Part shown: one piece after another, positions 57,405 through 64,000 of the stretch | How the letters are laid out: each line of letters opens with the position of its first letter | Position numbering within the stretch: the first letter of the stretch is position 1 | Assembly: GCA_965279375.1 (NCBI GenBank) | Contig: OZ257156.1 | Location: forward strand, 1-64,000 | Reading direction: 5' to 3' | DNA: 64,000 nucleotides | Source: Gemmatimonas sp. | GTDB taxonomy: Bacteria; Gemmatimonadota; Gemmatimonadetes; Gemmatimonadales; Gemmatimonadaceae | Program-made: the position numbers and the translations under genes | The notes under the pieces: generated by a model | The model's input: only the letters and a program-made list of their open reading frames with translations | Told to the model about the DNA's origin: nothing | Database searches by the model: none

Positions 57405-59186
57405 TCACCATCCGGGGTTCTGGCCGAGCTTCGGATTGACGACCAGGTCCGACGCGGCGATGGGTCGAAGATACATGCGATCGTTCCAGGCGCGCACGAT
57501 GTTGATCTGCCACTGCAGCAAGCCGGACGTCCCGTTCTGCAACGAGCGCTGGCTGCTGTTCCCGGTCGTGATGTTGTGGTACACGACGCCCGCAACTGTC
57601 GGCGATGGCACCGTCCCCGTGTGAAAGTACACGTCCTGAATGCCGTCTTCGTTGAGGTCGTAGTATCGGTTCGCCGTGACGTTCATGCCACGCCACGGAC
57701 GGGCCAGCAGCTCGCCACGCTTCCAGCGCATGAGGTCATCCCAGCGCAGTCCTTCGAGCGCCAGTTCGACGCCACGCTCGCGGCGAATCTCCAGAACGCT
57801 CGGATCCACAACGCCCGGAAAGTACACGCTCTGGAGGTACGGATCTGCACGGTTCGGGCGTGACGACAGACCACCCGTGATCCCCGCGCGAGCGCGCAGC
57901 GCGCCGACGGTCCGCTGCCAATCCCCATCCGTCAGTGTCCCCAGTTCCGCCTTGGCCTCGGCGAGGTTCAGGAGCACTTCCGCATAGCGGATGATCGGAA
58001 TGTCGTTGGTGTTGTTGGCACCGGCATCGAGACCGATGTCATCGATCGTCCACTTGATCGGCTGGTAGCCAGTGAGCGTGACCGTGAAGGCGGGCGGCGA
58101 CGCCACCAGCGCGCCGGCGTTGAGTCGCTTGAAGTCGCCCATGCGAATAGTCTGCTGCAGGCGCGGATCACGGTTCTTCGTTTCTGCCATGAAGGCCAGC
58201 GTATCGTATCCGGGGCGGTCGGTGAACGGCGTCCCGTCGGCCATCAGGTACGTGTTGATGAAATCGCGCGTGAAGCTCGCACCCACACCGAACGTGCCGG
58301 AGGTGTAGCGCCAGTTGGCCTCGTGCCGCACGGCGAGGTTCACGTCCATCACGTACATGAGCATCGCCTCGTTGATCGGCGGTGCCTCGCTGCTGAACAT
58401 CGAACGGTACGATCCCAGCGTGCCGGGCGATGTATTCAGACTGTGGCGTCCGCCATCGATCACCTGCTGCGCAGCTGTTGCCGCTTCGGTGAGCCACACG
58501 TTCGCGGTGCCACCGAGCCCGTTGGCGAGACCGGACGCGTGATACTTGCGGAACGTTCCTTCGAAGAGCGCGATGCGTGACTTGAACGCACGCGCGACGT
58601 CCTTCGTGACTTCTGTGCGCGACGCACTGGTGACCGTGCGGATGTTGGCGATGGCGAAGTTCAGATCGTCGAGCACATGGCCCATCACCACATCGCGCGA
58701 GTCACGTCCGGCGAACAGCATCGCGGTGTCGGTGATGGCAATCGGCCGATCGATCCACGGCACCGCGCCGTACGTCTTCACCTTGTCGTAGTAGAACATG
58801 GCGCGGGCCAACCGCGCGAGCCCCATGTAATGATTCCGCGTCGCTTCAGGGACAGCGGGGTCGACGTTGCTCTCGATGAAGTAGTTGATGTTGCGCAGGG
58901 CGGTCCAGGACCATCCACCCTGATTGTTCGGCGTGAACGTCGGCAGCAGGTAGCTGCTCGCTCCACGCACGGCGAGGTAATCGGACACATCGTCGCCAAT
59001 GTAGACGGCGTTCACCGATGGCCAGGTATTCGTGAAGGAGTTCGTGTAGAGCTGGAGGCCAGCCTCGCTGCTGAACACGGACTTCTGGTTGGTCGCCGAG
59101 ACGGGCGACTGTTCCAGATCGCACGCCGCGGCCAGAAGGCACAGGCCGCCGATGGCCGCGAGTCGGATCGTAGTATATGAGGTCAT
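57405..59186 (-). CDS. RagB/SusD family outer-membrane lipoprotein
   Basis: AAAC lipobox; KVKTYGAVPW, RDPRL, IIRYAEVLLNLAEA, IRRERGVELALEGLRWDDL and QNPGW. Confidence 0.95.
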   Translation of the reverse strand: MTSYTTIRLAAIGGLCLLAAACDLEQSPVSATNQKSVFSSEAGLQLYTNSFTNTWPSVNAVYIGDDVSDYLAVRGASSYLLPTFTPNNQGGWSWTALRNINYFIESNVDPAVPEATRNHYMGLARLARAMFYYDKVKTYGAVPWIDRPIAITDTAMLFAGRDSRDVVMGHVLDDLNFAIANIRTVTSASRTEVTKDVARAFKSRIALFEGTFRKYHASGLANGLGGTANVWLTEAATAAQQVIDGGRHSLNTSPGTLGSYRSMFSSEAPPINEAMLMYVMDVNLAVRHEANWRYTSGTFGVGASFTRDFINTYLMADGTPFTDRPGYDTLAFMAETKNRDPRLQQTIRMGDFKRLNAGALVASPPAFTVTLTGYQPIKWTIDDIGLDAGANNTNDIPIIRYAEVLLNLAEAKAELGTLTDGDWQRTVGALRARAGITGGLSSRPNRADPYLQSVYFPGVVDPSVLEIRRERGVELALEGLRWDDLMRWKRGELLARPWRGMNVTANRYYDLNEDGIQDVYFHTGTVPSPTVAGVVYHNITTGNSSQRSLQNGTSGLLQWQINIVRAWNDRMYLRPIAASDLVVNPKLGQNPGW

Positions 59187-59191
59187 GGCGA

Positions 59192-62100
59192 TCAGAAGGT
59201 CAGAGAGACGCCGGTGACGAACGTGCGCATCATCGGATAGTTCAGGCCATCGCCGCTGCCGCCGCCCGTGAGAACGCGGTCGGAACCTTGGCTGATGTTC
59301 TCCACGTCGATGTTCTTCACGATCTTGTAGAGCGGCGAGTACGTCCACAGGTTCTCGCCCGAGAGGTAGACCTTCGCGCGACGCGCACCAACGCGCGTCA
59401 GCCAACTCTTCGGCAGATCATAGCCGACCTGCAGATTCTTGAGCCTGATGTACGCGACGTTCATCAGGTACTTCGTCTGCGGGCGCGACATCTGGCGCTC
59501 GCCACTCTGCGCCGCATAGCCGTTCAAGCGCGGGAAGAACGCATTCGGATTCGGGTTGGCCGGGTCATAGATGACGCCCGGAGCCATGTGCCACGACGGG
59601 ATGTTGTTGTACGGGCGATTGTACTGCCCCCAGAAGTAGTCGGCCTCGGGATTCGCGTGCCAACTCTGCTTGCCGACGCCCTGGAAGAAGGATCCGATGC
59701 TGATGCTGCGCCAAGCGCCGTTCAGGTTGATGCCGTAGCTGTAGCGCGGTGTCGTGTTGCCGATGACCGAGAGGTCACCTGAATTGGCCTGCGTCTGCGT
59801 GCCGACGTCGATCTTGCCGTCACCATTGATGTCCCGGAACTTCAGGTCACCCGGCAGCCACACTCGGGAGTTGCGCGACTGGATGAAGCTCTGATTGGCG
59901 TGGCTGAGAATGTCCGCCGAGTCGCGAAAGAAACCCTCGGTCGTGTAGCCCCAGATCTCGCCGACCTTCTGGCCAACGCGATAGTCGCTGAGCAGGCCGT
60001 TGGGATTGTTGTACTTGAGGATTTCCGATGAGTTGTCGGAGAGTGCAACGCGGATGCCGTACGTCGCGCGACTGCCCGCAAGACGGAAGCCGTCCTGCCA
60101 GCCGGCAGAAATCTCCCAACCGTTGGTCTTCAAGTCGGCGTAGTTGCCTCGCGGCGCCGACGCTCCGAACACGGCCGGCGGCGTGATCGCCGTCGTGAAC
60201 ATGTCGGTCGTCTTCCGCGTGTAGACGTCGGCACTGAAGTTGAGACGATTGTCGAGCATATCGGCGTCGAGTCCGAAGTTCGTCGTCGTCGCCGTCTCCC
60301 AGGTCAATCCATTCGGCAACACGGCAGGCGCGCTCGTCTGCTGCGGCCGCGTGCCATTCACGATCACGCCGGACTGCCCGATGTTGAACGTCTGCTGGAA
60401 CTGATACGCGCCGCCGTTACCGTTGCCCATCGAGCCGTGCGACACGCTGAGTCGGAGGTCGTTGACCAATCCACGCGACACCTTCCAGAACGGCTCCTGC
60501 GAAATGCGCCATGACGCGGACGCCGACGGGAAGAACGCGTAGCGCTGGTCCACGGGGAACTTCGACGAGCCATCATAGCGGCCCGTGAACTCAAGCAGAT
60601 AGCGGTCCGCGTACGAGTAGTTCATGCGCGTGAAGCCGCCGAGGATGTTCCACTTCTCGTAGCCACCGCCAATCAGGGTCGCCGTACCCAACGCAAGATT
60701 GAGGTCCTTGGCGTCCGGGAAGATGAGCCCGTTGCGCTCCGCGCTCACCTGCTTCGACGTCCGCTCTTCGTAGTTCACGCCGCCCATCACGCGCAGGGAA
60801 TTCCGGCCACCGAAGGTCGTGTTGTACTCGCCGTAGGAATTCGTCGCGACGTAGTCGGCCGTGGCGTGCGTTTCGTTCAGCGTGTTGGTGGCCGCGCCAA
60901 CGTACTCGATCACTCCAGGACGGCGGCTGTACGGCACCGGGACGCGGCGACGCATCTGATCGTTCGTCGTGCGCTGGAATGTGAAATCGCTCGTAAACTT
61001 GAGCCGATCATCGAAGAACTTCGTAGCCGCTTCGACATTGGTGCGGTACACATCGACATCGAAGTCAATGCCGTTCTTTCCGTAGGCAAAATCGCCAACC
61101 GTATACGCAGCGGACTGCGTCAGCGTGCCGTCCGGATTGTACAGCGCCGAAAGGACATGCCCTTCGTCCTGCAGATTGCGCCAGATCGCGCCGCCTTCGC
61201 CCACGTTCTCCGGATTGTGATACGTGCGATTGGAGTACATGAAGCCGCTGCGCACATTCAGCCAATCTGCCGCGCGGATGGTGCCGTCGGCGCGCAAATT
61301 CTTCTGCGCGAAGTTGTCGGAGTTGTAGCGGAACATGCCATCCTGTCCCAGCGTCCGACCCGAGATCATGAACTGTGCGTTCTCGGTGCCACGCGAGATG
61401 GAGAGGTTGTGCTCCATCGTCATCGCGCTTGGCCGGTATAGGTAGTCGTACCAGTTGGTGCTGTTGAAGTACTGATAGGCACCGTCAGAGCCCACGATGG
61501 TTTCCGGAGCGCGATTGGCTTGCGAGCGAACACGCAACGAATCCAGATAGGCCGCCGAGAACACCAGGGTCTTGTTCACGTTCTGTGGCGCGAAGCCCTG
61601 CCAGCTCTGAAAGGCTTGATCGAACGTACGCGCGAACGTGTAACCGTCCGTGACCATCGACGTCTTCTCCACGGGAGCGCGGCTTCCGTAGGTGACGCCA
61701 TAGTTGATCTGGAACTGGTCCTTCTGCGGGCGCTTGGTCGTGATGAGCATGACGCCGAATGCGCCGCGGGCACCGTACACGGCGGCGGCGGAAGCGTCTT
61801 TCAGCACCGTGACGGATGCGACATCATCGGGATTGATCATCGACGGATCACCTTCCACACCATCAATGAGCACCAGCGCACTACCACCGGTCCCAATCGA
61901 CGTCGTTCCGCGGATGTTGATGGAGGGCGCTTGAATCGGCTTGCCGTCCTGCGGCCGAATGTTGACGCCGGGAAGCATGCCCTGCAGCCCCAGTGTCAGG
62001 TTCGGGACAGGCCGTTCCGCCAACTGCTCGGCGTTCACCTGTTCCACCGCACCCATCACGTTCCGACGATCCGCCGTTCCATAGCCAATTGCCACCACTT

Positions 62101-62437
62101 CATCGAGCTGCACCGCTGCGCGAGCAAGCGAAAAATTCGCTGTGAATGTACCGGTGGCCGCGACCGCAATCTGCGTCTGTCCCACGACAAAGCCGAGACG
62201 ACGCGCCACGACAGTATGAGTGCCGGAAGGAACGCGCGCGATGGTGTAGCGCCCCTGCGCGTCAGTGACCGCGCCGATGTTTAGCCCCTGCACGACAACC
62301 GACACTTGGGGAATGGGACTCGACGACAGCTTTTCCTGCACGGTACCGCTGATCGTAGCTGACTGCGCCTGCGCTGTCCTCGCCATGAGGGCAAGCAGCG
62401 CGGCGACGCCGAGCATCGGAAGCCGAATATTTCGCAT
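59192..62437 (-). CDS. SusC/RagA family TonB-dependent receptor
   Basis: Signal peptide, CarboxypepD_reg-like domain, LKDASAAAVYGARGAFGVMLITTK plug, RYDGSSKF, LTWET and terminal Phe. Confidence 0.96.
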   Translation of the reverse strand: MRNIRLPMLGVAALLALMARTAQAQSATISGTVQEKLSSSPIPQVSVVVQGLNIGAVTDAQGRYTIARVPSGTHTVVARRLGFVVGQTQIAVAATGTFTANFSLARAAVQLDEVVAIGYGTADRRNVMGAVEQVNAEQLAERPVPNLTLGLQGMLPGVNIRPQDGKPIQAPSINIRGTTSIGTGGSALVLIDGVEGDPSMINPDDVASVTVLKDASAAAVYGARGAFGVMLITTKRPQKDQFQINYGVTYGSRAPVEKTSMVTDGYTFARTFDQAFQSWQGFAPQNVNKTLVFSAAYLDSLRVRSQANRAPETIVGSDGAYQYFNSTNWYDYLYRPSAMTMEHNLSISRGTENAQFMISGRTLGQDGMFRYNSDNFAQKNLRADGTIRAADWLNVRSGFMYSNRTYHNPENVGEGGAIWRNLQDEGHVLSALYNPDGTLTQSAAYTVGDFAYGKNGIDFDVDVYRTNVEAATKFFDDRLKFTSDFTFQRTTNDQMRRRVPVPYSRRPGVIEYVGAATNTLNETHATADYVATNSYGEYNTTFGGRNSLRVMGGVNYEERTSKQVSAERNGLIFPDAKDLNLALGTATLIGGGYEKWNILGGFTRMNYSYADRYLLEFTGRYDGSSKFPVDQRYAFFPSASASWRISQEPFWKVSRGLVNDLRLSVSHGSMGNGNGGAYQFQQTFNIGQSGVIVNGTRPQQTSAPAVLPNGLTWETATTTNFGLDADMLDNRLNFSADVYTRKTTDMFTTAITPPAVFGASAPRGNYADLKTNGWEISAGWQDGFRLAGSRATYGIRVALSDNSSEILKYNNPNGLLSDYRVGQKVGEIWGYTTEGFFRDSADILSHANQSFIQSRNSRVWLPGDLKFRDINGDGKIDVGTQTQANSGDLSVIGNTTPRYSYGINLNGAWRSISIGSFFQGVGKQSWHANPEADYFWGQYNRPYNNIPSWHMAPGVIYDPANPNPNAFFPRLNGYAAQSGERQMSRPQTKYLMNVAYIRLKNLQVGYDLPKSWLTRVGARRAKVYLSGENLWTYSPLYKIVKNIDVENISQGSDRVLTGGGSGDGLNYPMMRTFVTGVSLTF

Positions 62438-62648
62438 GAGCTGGTGGGCAAAGAATGAATTGGCCGGTGTGACCGGCAGCAATTAGCGATTCATTCCAAC
62501 ACGGACGTGTTGTGTGCCTGTCACAATCGCAGCACAGCATTCGGAACCACCTACTTCGTCGCCAACGGAGTAGGGACATGAGGTGACGTTCACGCGCAGC
62601 GCGATCACGCGCGATGCTGTACAAGCACCAGCGGCTGACGTGGCGTGG

Positions 62649-62662
62649 TGTGAGCGATACCA
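62649..62662. promoter_or_regulatory. LacI-family operator-like site upstream of susC
   Basis: TGTGAGCGATACCA, a central-CG pseudo-palindrome. A second similar site TGTGACCGGCAGCA lies at 62468-62481. Confidence 0.45.
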
Positions 62663-62777
62663 GATCTCACACACCGGACCGAACAGCGTTGCAACCGAGC
62701 TCCTGCTTCGCGAACACGGGCGATGTCGTATTTTCTTGCGCTATGGTCCCGCATCACATCGTCCGCCCTCAGCCTGC

Positions 62778-63584
62778 ATGACGATTCATTTCGCACGCCA
62801 CGCGAGTCGCGCACTCTGCGCGCTGCTCCTCGCCTCCCCGATGGCTGCGCAGACGACCGGCGCGCTCCGGGGACGCGTCGTGAACGAGCGCACCAGTCAG
62901 CCGGTGGCGGGAGTGGAGGTGAGCATGCCGGCGATTTCTCGCGCGGTAATCACGGACTCGACGGGAGCGTTCGCGATCCGGGACCTGGCGCCAGCGCGTT
63001 ATGAGGTCGTCGTTCGCAAGCTCGGGTTCCAGCCAACAGCCGCGACGATCACCATTTCGGGTGCTGACGACCCCGAGCAGATCCTCCGACTCGTTCCCGC
63101 GCTGACCGAGCTGTCCAAGGTCGTGGTCGCATCCACCGCCGTCGATCGACGGCTTGCGTCGTTCGAGGAGCACCGCAGTGCGTACAAGGGCGGATCGTTC
63201 CTCACGGCCGAACAGCTCGACAAGGAGAAGGGGCGCGCGTTGGTCGATGTGCTGCAGAAGGTCGGTGGGGCAGACATCGTACGCCTCGGCAGTGGGTCGG
63301 CCTACTTCGCCACACGCCGAGGCTACGATTCATTCATGAACATGCCGACGGTCAGTGCCGGCGACCGTATGCGCGGCGCGCCACCGGGACTCTGTTACGC
63401 GGCAGTGGTGGTCAACAACGTCTTTGTATACCGCGGCGAAAGTAGCGATGAGCTGTTCGACCTGAACGTCCTCGCCCCCACCAATGTTCTGGCGATCGAG
63501 GTGTACAAAGGTGGCGCAACCATGCCTTTGGCATACAACGCCACGCGAAAGACGTGCGGGTTGCTGGTGATCTTTACCAAGTAG
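62778..63584 (+). CDS. Exported CarboxypepD_reg plus TonB-plug-like protein without beta-barrel
   Basis: Signal peptide, GRVV..PVAGVEV..TDSTGAF..RKLGF, then FEEHR..GSFLT and VLAIEVYKG..CGLLVIFTK stop. Confidence 0.8.
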   Translation: MTIHFARHASRALCALLLASPMAAQTTGALRGRVVNERTSQPVAGVEVSMPAISRAVITDSTGAFAIRDLAPARYEVVVRKLGFQPTAATITISGADDPEQILRLVPALTELSKVVVASTAVDRRLASFEEHRSAYKGGSFLTAEQLDKEKGRALVDVLQKVGGADIVRLGSGSAYFATRRGYDSFMNMPTVSAGDRMRGAPPGLCYAAVVVNNVFVYRGESSDELFDLNVLAPTNVLAIEVYKGGATMPLAYNATRKTCGLLVIFTK

Positions 63585-63599
63585 TCGCGTTCGAAGGTG

Positions 63600-64000
63600 C
63601 TACGACGACGCGCCATCCGACGTACGAGTGCGCGCGCGACGGCGACGGGCCGTCCATCCAAGTGCCGCGAGTCCGGCACTCACGAGCGCCACCGAGCTTG
63701 GTTCCGGCACCGTGGTGACAGGCGACGACGTGAAGTCGATTCGATAGATGTCCTGTCCACCCGTGAGCTGGCTGTCGAACTGGTATCCTGCGCCGGTCGT
63801 GAGACCGTTGAATCCCTTCAACTCAGCGAAGTTGAACGCCACAACAGAGTTCTGCGGGGTTCGCAGGCTGTTGTTCCCGACGAATGCCGCCGCCGCAGGG
63901 TCGAACAGCTCTGAGCCAGCGTCCCAGATCTGACTGGACGTCTGAATGATCGAACTTGTGGTCAGGTTTCCCATCGCGTCGAACAGGCGGATGGGATTGT
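63600..64000 (-). CDS. PEP-CTERM protein with spondin-N-like domain (5' end outside the window)
   Basis: VPEPSS plus TM plus RRRR tail; NPIRLFDA..IWDAGSE resembles the Spondin_N motif. Confidence 0.85.
   Translation of the reverse strand, partial: NPIRLFDAMGNLTTSSIIQTSSQIWDAGSELFDPAAAAFVGNNSLRTPQNSVVAFNFAELKGFNGLTTGAGYQFDSQLTGGQDIYRIDFTSSPVTTVPEPSSVALVSAGLAALGWTARRRRARTRTSDGASS

Noticed and set aside
9304..59405. Long N-terminal extensions in the ORF track (OsmC 9304, SCO 18362, bioB 23686, ccoO 40766, greA 47303, EEP 57696, SusD 59405) as possible fusions
   Set aside because: They overlap neighbouring genes or regulatory elements. Internal starts with SD sequences or stop-start coupling explain the real proteins.
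6273..62781. Micro-ORFs whose stops overlap main starts (MGQAE at 6273, a 16-codon ORF before the 14041 sigma, MVPHHIVRPQPA at 62743)
   Set aside because: Any ATGA/GTGA start creates a TGA in another frame, so such mini-ORFs are expected by chance. There is no independent support without ribosome profiling.

Overview
High-GC bacterial chromosomal window. The gene families and protein styles (GRGG-rich exported M14 peptidase, exported HEAT-repeat operon, SusC/SusD, plug-only receptor protein, PEP-CTERM) suggest Gemmatimonadota; this is an inference, as there is no rRNA marker. About 67 CDS are supportable. They include bioF-bioA-bioD-bioB, pdxH, rsgA, proline dehydrogenase, fadI-fadJ, glpD, greA, queG and type B rpmE; two ECF sigma/anti-sigma pairs; a zinc/copper region (ZIP, CopC/CopD, cytochrome c, SCO, PCuAC); a non-canonical cbb3-type oxidase operon; a LytS/LytTR pair; and a SusC/SusD/EEP uptake locus. 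I found no rRNA, tRNA, CRISPR array or transposase. Best leads: (1) a stand-alone TIR - transmembrane - ricin-B lectin protein with Toll-like-receptor architecture (44488-45609); (2) a 340-nt nested inverted-repeat/hairpin element at 1574-1913; (3) a ccoS-ccoN fused oxidase operon with a monoheme cytochrome and SCO in place of ccoQP; (4) a promoter-terminator leader upstream of greA; (5) a palindromic operator before a ZIP transporter next to zinc-free L31; (6) a cupredoxin-like gene one base away from a C-x-x-H copper motif. All family calls come from motif recognition by eye; no database search was run.
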